A DNA stretch of 64,000 bases from a virus (taxonomy: Duplodnaviria; Caudoviricetes). This document shows, one piece after another, positions 57,359 through 64,000 of the stretch (position 1 is its first letter; each line of letters starts with the position of its first letter). Below the pieces are notes generated by a model. That model was not told the DNA's origin and ran no database searches. It saw nothing but the letters and a program-made list of their open reading frames with translations. The position numbers and the translations under genes are program-made. The stretch spans positions 13,609-77,608 of IMG/VR virus record IMGVR_UViG_3300037524_000424, one strand, 5' to 3'.

Positions 57359-57625
57359 TTATCTTCCTCCTTCGTTAATTAATGCCAATGTTATATCCTT
57401 ATCACAAGTGATAGTTACTTCGTGATTGGGAAAGTTGTCGCTAATGTTTAGGGCTTTCTCATAGCCCGCATTAATGGCATCTAGGAAGTCATTAGAGCGG
57501 ATTCTAGCGGCTATTTCCACAACTTCCTTATCCGTACTAGGGTCAACATAAGAAACTGTTAGAATGGGCGGATTTTCGTTAAAACCGCTAAATCGGGCTA
57601 AAGTGATCGTTAAAGTTGGTTTCAT
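57359..57625 (-). CDS. hypothetical protein
   Basis: 88-aa ORF. Confidence 0.55.
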   Translation of the reverse strand: MKPTLTITLARFSGFNENPPILTVSYVDPSTDKEVVEIAARIRSNDFLDAINAGYEKALNISDNFPNHEVTITCDKDITLALINEGGR

Positions 57626-57782
57626 TGTAAATCTCCTTCCATTAGTTTACGTTCGATAACGAATAGCTCGAAGCGCAGAATTTCGACTTCACGTTCTAAT
57701 TCTTTCTGCTTAGGACCTTCAGGAAACATTAATATAGTTTGATCCAATATGTCAATTAATTGTCGAATTGGTTTAGTTTGTA

Positions 57783-57980
57783 CTAGCATAAATCCCCCTC
57801 TTCTAATAATTCAACTTCATAACTACCTATATCTTCTACTTCTTCACCTATATTTTCTTCTATATCCAAATAATTACCCTCTTCAATTTTCTCTATAGCC
57901 TCTTTTTTTGAATCTGCTTCCACTGTTGCTATTGATGTACTTTTTATTAATACCCAAAACTTGACTTCATACTTTGCCAT
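57783..57980 (-). CDS. small acidic protein (EADSKKEA family)
   Basis: Resembles 36500..36694; G6 SD. Confidence 0.55.
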   Translation of the reverse strand: MAKYEVKFWVLIKSTSIATVEADSKKEAIEKIEEGNYLDIEENIGEEVEDIGSYEVELLEEGDLC

Positions 57981-57992
57981 AAATCCCCCCTT

Positions 57993-58014
57993 ATCTTCAC
58001 TTCGTTCAGAAGTT
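57993..58014 (-). repeat. conserved leader hairpin, copy 1
   Basis: AACTTC-TGAACGAAGTGAAGAT then SD; also at 61911-33 and 63680-703. Confidence 0.75.
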
Positions 58015-58107
58015 AACTCCGTTGAGCGGAGCGAAACTAGTCTATATAGTCAGCAATAAATATTAAATAAGTACACCAAAGAAAGAATCCAAGAATTAAG
58101 AAAATCA

Positions 58108-58359
58108 TTAGTTCTCCTCCTTAAAATAAAGTTTCATTATGTTAGCAAGTCTTTCCTCAATGAACATAATATCATCCCCGACTTGACTACTCCCGCCATT
58201 TCCGTGTTCGTAAAATTCGCCGTTACGGTTTAGGTCTTTAATAGTTTGTTCAACGGCAGCTAGGGATTTACAAGCCGAGTCTAGTTGATCTTCAAGAAAA
58301 GCGATATACTCTTTCCTTCTCATATTAAGTCTCCTTTCTTTTAAAGTATTCTTGTGCAA
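58108..58359 (-). CDS. hypothetical protein
   Basis: Small ORF; probable start MRRKEY. Confidence 0.5.
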   Translation of the reverse strand: MHKNTLKERRLNMRRKEYIAFLEDQLDSACKSLAAVEQTIKDLNRNGEFYEHGNGGSSQVGDDIMFIEERLANIMKLYFKEEN

Positions 58360-59101
58360 ATTGAATGAAACTCCTATATTCTTTTCTCATTTCAAAGTTT
58401 TTAACTAATTCATGATCATCACTTAAAGATAGCCAGTCTTGATAAGTCTTAAACTGACATCCTATTTGAACTCCTTCTTTGATTGCGGTAGCTAGATAAG
58501 AATTAAGTCGAAATTCGATAAAGTCTTTACTACTTTCTATTTTTCCGGTTGTAAATTTAGCATCACCAAAAACCCGAGCATTATCATAAACCCGAGCATT
58601 ACCAAAAACCCGAGCATCACCAGAAACCTGAGCATCACCAAAAACCTCAGCATTACCAAAAACCCGAGCATTACCAGAAACCCGAGCATCACCAAAAACC
58701 CGAGCATCACCATAAACCTCAGCATCACCATAAACCTGAGCATCACCATAAACCTGAGCATTATCATAAACCCGAGCATTACCATAAACCCGAGCATCAC
58801 CAGAAACCTGAGCATCACCAAAAACCCGAGCATTATCATAAACCCGAGCATTACCAAAAACCCGAGCATCACCAGAAACCTGAGCATCACCAGAAACCTG
58901 AGCATTACCAAAAACCCGAGCATTACCAGAAACCCGAGCATTATCATAAACCCAAGAATAACCCTCATGACTTAAGTTAGACTCCGTCTGTATATAACCA
59001 CCCAATTCACCCGATCTTACTCCATACCTAGGAATATCAATCAAAGCTCGGATTTGAAATAGTCCACCTTTTGTATTAGTAGTTAATTCGTATTTTTTCA
59101 T
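58325..59101 (-). CDS. hexapeptide-repeat (left-handed beta-helix) protein
   Basis: About 22 tandem [GD][ND]A[RQE]V[YFS] units after ELGGYIQTESNLSHEG. Confidence 0.8.
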   Translation of the reverse strand: MKKYELTTNTKGGLFQIRALIDIPRYGVRSGELGGYIQTESNLSHEGYSWVYDNARVSGNARVFGNAQVSGDAQVSGDARVFGNARVYDNARVFGDAQVSGDARVYGNARVYDNAQVYGDAQVYGDAEVYGDARVFGDARVSGNARVFGNAEVFGDAQVSGDARVFGNARVYDNARVFGDAKFTTGKIESSKDFIEFRLNSYLATAIKEGVQIGCQFKTYQDWLSLSDDHELVKNFEMRKEYRSFIQFAQEYFKRKET

Positions 59102-59860
59102 TTACGCCGCCTTGTTATAGGTTAAAGTTTCATTCAATGCTAAGTTCCTAACTTTGTCCATTAAGTCAATGTTCTTTCCGACAAAAGCTAGTTCTGATCT
59201 GCTTGAACGATTCATTGTCTCATTTATGACATTATAAGTCAACCAGGCATTCTCCCCTCTATCCTCTTCTCTGATCATATCAGGATTATCAAAAGTATAA
59301 GTTAGTCGATCGGTTAACCGCTTGGAGAATCCCAACCGTTGACTAATTGACTTTTGTAGTTCTCGGCTAGTAGGAACGTTCATATAGCCCGCTACTTGTT
59401 CATCCATCTTTGACATAAACTTAATGGCGTTGGAAATGTTTTCACTTAAGGCAGCTATCTTATGTTCAAAAGTTTCACCTTGGATGTGTCTAATTTTCTC
59501 TTTAAAGAGCTCTTGCCCGACTACTAAACCGTTAGAACAAACTAGCCGCATCATTCCCGCCATGACTTGAAGTTGCTTTTCTCCATTGAATGAGTTTAGA
59601 ACGTACAACCTAGGGGCTATGTTATCTCCCATAACTGACATAGTGGTGTTTAGTGTTATTTCTAAACCGTGGGCGGTAGTTTTTTTAGCCCGATGGGTTG
59701 GAGCTATCAGTTTCAAGCTAAAGTCATGCCCATGATCGTTAATAGTCTTTCCGATAGACTCCACTAATTGCCGAGTAGGAACTAATTGATAACGATCTGA
59801 AGTTTGTTTGTTTGCGATAGCCCGGTTTTCTAGTTCGTTAATTTGTGTTAGTAGTTCCAT
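59102..59860 (-). CDS. DUF932/DUF945-family phage/plasmid protein
   Basis: LNSFNG...AGMMRLVCSNGLV...RH; NAWLTYNVINE. Confidence 0.75.
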   Translation of the reverse strand: MELLTQINELENRAIANKQTSDRYQLVPTRQLVESIGKTINDHGHDFSLKLIAPTHRAKKTTAHGLEITLNTTMSVMGDNIAPRLYVLNSFNGEKQLQVMAGMMRLVCSNGLVVGQELFKEKIRHIQGETFEHKIAALSENISNAIKFMSKMDEQVAGYMNVPTSRELQKSISQRLGFSKRLTDRLTYTFDNPDMIREEDRGENAWLTYNVINETMNRSSRSELAFVGKNIDLMDKVRNLALNETLTYNKAA

Positions 59861-59876
59861 AAATTCTCCCCTTTAA

Positions 59877-60380
59877 TTAAGAAACAATTGTTAATTTTCC
59901 AGAAAATTCAATATTCTTTGGGATGCTAAACTTCTTTACCCGTTTTAGAACCTTCTTAACTAGTTCTAATCCGCTTTGCCAGTCTTCTTGATAACCATCG
60001 GAACTAACTTTGATATTATCCCCAAGATAATGACTTAGGATTATAAGACAAGCTGTAACAACTTCGTCATAGGGCTTTTGGGCAGTCTTGCAAAAGTTGA
60101 AGCTATAATTTTCTTTAAATTGTTCTCTTAACACAAAGTTTTCGTGCCCTTCTTCTCTTGCTCCATTGAAATCAATTCCCCCGTATTGCCCAAGTTTAGT
60201 ATGAGCGCTGTAACCGGCTAACCCGCCAAACTCTTTCTTATATGCCAGAATTATCCTTTGGCAGTCTTTCACTGCTTTCTGGTATAACTCTTCTGTTTCC
60301 TTTGTTTTTCCTTTGACTTTAGTGAATGTCCAGTAATGAGTATATCCCATAAATCCCCCTTTATTTAGTAAATCTATCAT
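59877..60380 (-). CDS. MGYTHYW-family mobile-element protein
   Basis: GYTHYW...FNG..EEGHENF...FCKTAQKPYD..VTACL...SSDG; probable start at MGYTHY. Confidence 0.65.
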   Translation of the reverse strand: MIDLLNKGGFMGYTHYWTFTKVKGKTKETEELYQKAVKDCQRIILAYKKEFGGLAGYSAHTKLGQYGGIDFNGAREEGHENFVLREQFKENYSFNFCKTAQKPYDEVVTACLIILSHYLGDNIKVSSDGYQEDWQSGLELVKKVLKRVKKFSIPKNIEFSGKLTIVS

Positions 60381-60615
60381 ATTTTCTTATTGGCGAATAA
60401 TTATAGAACTTAGTTTTTTTAATAAAATATTCTTCTGGTTTTAATAAATCCAGTAATTTTCCAACATCACTATCTTCTTCTAAATAAACCGTATTACCTT
60501 TTTGGTATGAGCATTCTGTAATATTATCAATAATTCCTAACTTAACCAGTAAAGATCTTTTAACGGCTAACCAACTATGCCCGCCGTCTCGATGGTGATA
60601 AAAATTATATACCAT
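60361..60615 (-). CDS. DxGHxWL-family protein
   Basis: DGGHSWLAV...SYQKGNTVYLEEDSD. Confidence 0.6.
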   Translation of the reverse strand: MVYNFYHHRDGGHSWLAVKRSLLVKLGIIDNITECSYQKGNTVYLEEDSDVGKLLDLLKPEEYFIKKTKFYNYSPIRKYDRFTK

Positions 60616-60630
60616 ATTATCCCCCCTTAG

Positions 60631-61350
60631 TTATGCTGCTTCACTTAATAACATGTTAATACGTTGCACAAATCCAGTCAAGTCTTTTTTTGCTTGACCT
60701 TTGGCAGTCAATCCAACTATAACACCATTATTCCCATCAAGAAAGCGCAAGTCATGATTATCGCCACTAATGACCTTATAGCCCATGAACTCGGCTGGAA
60801 CTTCTGCAAATACTGCCGCTACATTAATTCCCAACTTAATTATCTTCAAAGCATGACCTAAGTTAGATTCCGACAAAGAAAAGGTCAAGTGATAGTTAGC
60901 GGGCATCTTGTTAGCAAACCGTCTGAAGTCTTTGGTGTAGTCATAGAATTGAACGCTAGGGAAAATTTGAAAGATATTCTTTCCGTTATTTTGGATTTTC
61001 TCCCAAACAATGTCTGAAGTACCGTTAAGCCGGATAGCCAACTTTAACCCCAACTTTTGTGCTTTACGTTGTGCCTTGGAAATATCTACCGCCAAAGCCG
61101 CCATAAACCCGTTAAGATCGTCTCGAAAGAACTCGGTTTTTGAAACTCGGGCTTTCTGGACATTGTTAAATCTACCTCTACCGGCGCTGTATAAACATGA
61201 TTTACGGCAACCCTTAGATGCCAACGGACATAAATTAAGACCTTTGACCGTATTAGATGGGGCAAGGTATAGGATACCCGTTAAGTAGCCCAAAGACTCG
61301 CCTTTAACCGTCTTAGCGTTTGAATATCCTAGTAGTGGTCTTGATTTCAT
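60631..61350 (-). CDS. phage Gp88-like Cys-cluster protein
   Basis: GILYLAP...CPLASKGCRKSC...IRLNGTSD..W...QFYDYTK...DLRFLD...GLTAKG. Confidence 0.75.
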   Translation of the reverse strand: MKSRPLLGYSNAKTVKGESLGYLTGILYLAPSNTVKGLNLCPLASKGCRKSCLYSAGRGRFNNVQKARVSKTEFFRDDLNGFMAALAVDISKAQRKAQKLGLKLAIRLNGTSDIVWEKIQNNGKNIFQIFPSVQFYDYTKDFRRFANKMPANYHLTFSLSESNLGHALKIIKLGINVAAVFAEVPAEFMGYKVISGDNHDLRFLDGNNGVIVGLTAKGQAKKDLTGFVQRINMLLSEAA

Positions 61351-61375
61351 TTTGCTATCCTTGTTAAGTCTTAAT

Positions 61376-61558
61376 TTAGTAAATAGCTCGAATTATCGCG
61401 TCATACCGAACACTATCGTCAATTGCTTCTAGTTCTTCATCGGTTAACGGAGTACCATCGGTAAATTCTGCATAACTAATAAACGCGTCACAAAAGTCAG
61501 GATAGTCTTTAAAGTCGATGTTTTCAATCTCGATGCTGTTAAAGTTTAGGATTTTCAT
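61376..61558 (-). CDS. small acidic phage protein
   Basis: DYPDFCDAFISYAEF.DG.PLTDEEL motif. Confidence 0.65.
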   Translation of the reverse strand: MKILNFNSIEIENIDFKDYPDFCDAFISYAEFTDGTPLTDEELEAIDDSVRYDAIIRAIY

Positions 61559-61899
61559 ACTATCCCCCCTATTTCGGTTAGTAGTCGGTTTAATTTAGTA
61601 TACACTAAATGACTATCATCGGTTGCATCTTGAAGATCCATAAGACTAATAATATTAAGAATCCCTTCTTTCAATGATTCTAATTCTTTCTTGGAGGATA
61701 AGTCAGTAACATCGAAACTAACATCCTCAACGCGGGCTGACCTATAAGTTGCCATCCCTTTGACTTTATCTCCTATCTTATAGTGTCTAACATCCATTCC
61801 CCCAGTTTCTAGAATGTCCCCGCTTTTCGTTCTGATATACATAAAACAATCATCTTTCCTAACTACTTTACCACTAACACCAATTCTAATCGTTTTCAT
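61555..61899 (-). CDS. hypothetical protein
   Basis: First gene after the 61951-79 promoter. Confidence 0.6.
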   Translation of the reverse strand: MKTIRIGVSGKVVRKDDCFMYIRTKSGDILETGGMDVRHYKIGDKVKGMATYRSARVEDVSFDVTDLSSKKELESLKEGILNIISLMDLQDATDDSHLVYTKLNRLLTEIGGIV

Positions 61900-61910
61900 G
61901 TTTTCCCCCT

Positions 61911-61933
61911 ATCTTCACTTCGTTAAGCGAAGT
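61911..61933 (-). repeat. conserved leader hairpin, copy 2
   Basis: ACTTCG-CTTAA-CGAAGT-GAAGAT then GGGGG SD. Confidence 0.75.
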
Positions 61934-61950
61934 TTTTTCGTTCCTAGGTC

Positions 61951-61979
61951 ATTATCTCACGTTTGACGGTTTGCGTCAA
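61951..61979 (-). promoter_or_regulatory. sigma70 promoter TTGACG-17-GATAAT
   Basis: Drives leftward early genes; divergent from the 62010 promoter. Confidence 0.7.
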
Positions 61980-62009
61980 GAGAAAAGATTAATTAATTTA
62001 ATATTTTAA

Positions 62010-62038
62010 TTGACAACTATTTGTGGCAGTGATAGAAT
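62010..62038 (+). promoter_or_regulatory. sigma70 promoter TTGACA-17-TAGAAT
   Basis: Near-perfect with extended -10; no credible downstream + strand ORF. Confidence 0.8.
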
Positions 62039-62068
62039 TAAGCTGAGGGACTGAAAAAATAATAAGTC

Positions 62069-62078
62069 CATCAAGTAT
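62069..62078 (+). promoter_or_regulatory. CATCAAGTAT motif upstream of ncRNA candidate
   Basis: Exact copy 13 nt before the first helix strand. Confidence 0.7.
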
Positions 62079-62088
62079 AATTAGACAA

Positions 62089-62475
62089 CCAGTTTTTGAG
62101 GAACGTGAAAAAATTCACAAAAAACTAGGTCAATTGGAAGTTTCGAACTCCACGAAATTGTCCTGAAAAAGGCAATTGACGGTGTCGGTATGAGCCCCCT
62201 AACACTCCAGCTCAACTAGGTAACGTGGGAATATGTGCCTAGCGTAACGCCTCAAAAACAAAGAACTATTCTGATTTCCTAAGTTTGGGACTAGTTCATT
62301 GGTGAAGTATTCAGGGATAGCATCCCACAACTAGTCGGCGAAAGTCAAAGATACCCGACTAAGTTTGATTTGACCGCCTTAACTTTTCGGCTAAGACGGT
62401 ATAAGTCGAACTATGCCAAGAAATGCTACTTTAAAAGTCGTGAGGTTGGAATTATGCCACTAACTGCTTGTTTTT
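62089..62475 (+). ncRNA. large multi-branched structured RNA candidate (~390 nt)
   Basis: No ORF of 60 aa or more; nested perfect helices 62092-101/62250-59, 62129-36/62173-80, 62216-20/62238-42, 62289-96/62329-36, 62314-18/62322-26; terminal U-tract. Confidence 0.7.
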
Positions 62476-62496
62476 AGGATAGTGTTGAATTTATGG

Positions 62497-62685
62497 TTAT
62501 GATGGTTTGGAGTAAAGGAAAAGTTTGAGGGAAAAGTCAACGAACAAAATTCTCGAATCTTTACAGTCACTTAGAATCTCCTTCGTCCTCTTAAACTTGA
62601 CCTTAAGCCTTTCCATCCTCACTACTTCATCCTGATCGTTCTGCAACTGCTTCGCTACTTCTGCTCTTTTCTGTTCAATGTCCAT
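62497..62685 (-). CDS. hypothetical coiled-coil protein
   Basis: G6 SD; converges on the ncRNA candidate. Confidence 0.55.
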   Translation of the reverse strand: MDIEQKRAEVAKQLQNDQDEVVRMERLKVKFKRTKEILSDCKDSRILFVDFSLKLFLYSKPS

Positions 62686-62739
62686 AACTGCCCCCCAATT
62701 GTTGTAATACAGTCTAGTACCCCAGTTTACTCTTATATG

Positions 62740-63042
62740 CTAGTCTTCATCCCAATACAACTCTGACTTATCAACCGGATAGTCCTCTAATAGCTGCCCA
62801 ACCTCACCAATGTCGTACATCCTACCGTCAATCATAATATAGTCGTTTTCAAGCTCTACCAAATGTCTTTCAAACTCTTCTGACCTAGTCAACCCCATTA
62901 AGAATCCTTCAACTTCAAAGTCAGTCAGTCCACTATCGTCAATAAATCCTGAAATGAACTCGTCAGGATAATAGCCACGAAGTTGCTGCTTAATCATCTC
63001 TACTTCGTCACTATTAAGATCATCCTTAGTCAATCGTCTCAT
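62740..63042 (-). CDS. highly acidic early protein
   Basis: 28 D+E versus 9 K+R in 100 aa (hand count). Confidence 0.65.
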   Translation of the reverse strand: MRRLTKDDLNSDEVEMIKQQLRGYYPDEFISGFIDDSGLTDFEVEGFLMGLTRSEEFERHLVELENDYIMIDGRMYDIGEVGQLLEDYPVDKSELYWDED

Positions 63043-63064
63043 GTCCTACCCCCGATATAATGCT

Positions 63065-63093
63065 ATTATAGCCGAAATCTGCCACTAAGTCAA
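63065..63093 (-). promoter_or_regulatory. sigma70 promoter TTGACT-17-TATAAT
   Basis: Near-consensus. Confidence 0.75.
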
Positions 63094-63096
63094 GCA

Positions 63097-63363
63097 CTAA
63101 AGACCTCTAACGCCAATCATTTCCCGTTCACATACGTCAATTTTAAAGTCCCCATCCGTCAGCTCTAAGTCGTCCCTCCAATAGTCGTCAATATGCTCTG
63201 CGTCAATGCCAACTAAATGATCGTGTCCACATATTGGACATGCATCCTTAGCCGCGGCAGTCAGAGGAAGATAGTCCCGCTGGCATCCATCGCAATGAAC
63301 TAATTGAGCTCGGTCCTTCAGGATTTGTTTAATGATCTTAAGTTGTTCTTTGTTAGTTGCCAT
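63097..63363 (-). CDS. Zn-ribbon hypothetical protein
   Basis: HCDGC, CPICG. Confidence 0.6.
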   Translation of the reverse strand: MATNKEQLKIIKQILKDRAQLVHCDGCQRDYLPLTAAAKDACPICGHDHLVGIDAEHIDDYWRDDLELTDGDFKIDVCEREMIGVRGL

Positions 63364-63364
63364 C

Positions 63365-63448
63365 TTATCCCCCGAATATTAAAGTTAGTAGACACATTAT
63401 AGTTAGCATAGCATATACAGTGACCATAATCCTGATTCTATCCATCAT
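63365..63448 (-). CDS. 27-aa membrane micropeptide
   Basis: MMDRIRIMVTVYAMLTIMCLLTLIFGG; ATGA coupling. Confidence 0.45.
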   Translation of the reverse strand: MMDRIRIMVTVYAMLTIMCLLTLIFGG

Positions 63449-63573
63449 TCCCCCATTAGCATCTTGACAATGCCTTTAGTTGCCAGTGCAAATTTGCCGC
63501 TATTAAGCAGCATGAAGACTGGTAGTGCTGCCACTAGTGCCGCGAATACGATCATTTCAAGTATTGACTTCAT
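63445..63573 (-). CDS. 42-aa membrane micropeptide
   Basis: MKSILEMIVFAALVAALPVFMLLNSGKFALATKGIVKMLMGE; SD GGAG. Confidence 0.5.
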   Translation of the reverse strand: MKSILEMIVFAALVAALPVFMLLNSGKFALATKGIVKMLMGE

Positions 63574-63574
63574 C

Positions 63575-63667
63575 TTAAACTCCCATCGCCCTAGATACCA
63601 GGCATAATACAGTTAATATTAAACTGAAGTAGGCGGTCAACTTTATGTTCCTTAGTTCGATTTTCAT
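63575..63667 (-). CDS. 30-aa membrane micropeptide
   Basis: MKIELRNIKLTAYFSLILTVLCLVSRAMGV; SD AAGGAG after leader hairpin. Confidence 0.5.
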   Translation of the reverse strand: MKIELRNIKLTAYFSLILTVLCLVSRAMGV

Positions 63668-63679
63668 GTTGAACTCCTT

Positions 63680-63703
63680 ATCTTCACTTCGTTCAGCGAA
63701 GTT
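63680..63703 (-). repeat. conserved leader hairpin, copy 3
   Basis: ACTTCG-CTGAA-CGAAGT-GAAGAT at the predicted transcript start. Confidence 0.75.
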
Positions 63704-63708
63704 AATTC

Positions 63709-63737
63709 ATTCTAGCACGTTTACCGCATTGTGTCAA
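63709..63737 (-). promoter_or_regulatory. sigma70 promoter TTGACA-17-TAGAAT
   Basis: Near-perfect with extended -10. Confidence 0.8.
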
Positions 63738-63791
63738 GCGGTTATTTGCTGCCCTCTTGAATTATTATGTTGCAACGATCGTGCCAAAATG

Positions 63792-63820
63792 TTGACGTGG
63801 CTGCTATGGTATGCTATAAT
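63792..63820 (+). promoter_or_regulatory. sigma70 promoter TTGACG-17-TATAAT
   Basis: Near-consensus, points rightward toward the window end. Confidence 0.7.
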
Positions 63821-63852
63821 AGGATATCCAATAGTTAGGGGATTGGTATACT

Positions 63853-63905
63853 GGTGTCATTATGGGACTGCTGGTGTCATTCTGATACTGGTAGGCGGTG
63901 TCATT
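63853..63905 (+). repeat. three GGTGTCATT direct repeats
   Basis: At 63853, 63873 and 63897. Confidence 0.7.
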
Positions 63906-64000
63906 ATGCACCTTAAATAAAAGTCGGCTATAGTACGGGCATCGTTCTTGCAACTGCAAAGTTGATGCCAGAAAAGTTGGTATGAGAATTGCTTATGCAA

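Larger units (their letters stand above)
63771..63993. promoter_or_regulatory. cluster of four sigma54 -24/-12 boxes
   Basis: GG-N10-GC boxes: TGGCACGATCGTTGCA (-, 63771-86), GGGCATCGTTCTTGCA (+, 63937-52), TGGCATCAACTTTGCA (-, 63955-70), TGGTATGAGAATTGCT (+, 63978-93). Confidence 0.7.

Noticed and set aside
58537-58968. 18-bp tandem repeats as a CRISPR array, and the + strand 143-aa ORF
   Set aside because: No unique spacers; the repeats encode the hexapeptide beta-helix on the - strand and the + ORF is its shadow
62089-62475. tmRNA, RNase P, SRP or 6S identity for the ncRNA candidate
   Set aside because: No tRNA-like termini, no GAGGAAAGUCC box, no SRP GGAA loop motif; multi-branched rather than a 6S-like rod
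63645-63920. 91-aa + strand ORF
   Set aside because: Spans two promoters, a sigma54 box and the leader hairpin; no SD; most likely spurious
1-64000. Stop-codon reassignment
   Set aside because: Long intact genes and tight coupling under the standard code with TAA, TAG and TGA all used as stops; the YkgJ TAA is an isolated case

Overview
This window is a large, probably near-complete segment of an AT-rich lytic tailed dsDNA phage genome with podovirus-like architecture. No terminase lies inside the window. Bases 1-28.7 kb (+ strand) hold the virion module: portal, scaffold, major capsid, two tail fibres, an M15 peptidase, adaptor, tail-tube/stabilisation protein and ejection proteins. Bases 28.7-63.7 kb (- strand) hold middle and early genes: two ClpP-like proteases, RuvC, a primase-helicase, ERF, a family-B DNA polymerase split in two by a GIY-YIG endonuclease, many small secreted or lipoprotein genes, and host-derived regulator domains (PhaR-N, IF2-N, an antitoxin-like HTH). 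These markers, plus delta-60 repeats and sigma54 boxes, suggest a Bdellovibrionota/Myxococcota-like host (inference). The most notable unexplained signals are: (1) an ORF-free, densely base-paired ~390-nt RNA candidate at 62.09-62.47 kb, behind both a consensus sigma70 promoter and the phage's putative late-promoter motif; (2) that motif, CATCAAGTA(T), found at least 10 times, always between genes; (3) an array of head-to-head sigma54 -24/-12 boxes at the right end; (4) a lone, catalytically intact TnpB with a structured RNA upstream of it; (5) the split polymerase. All family assignments come from motif recognition by eye; no database searches or folding programs were run.
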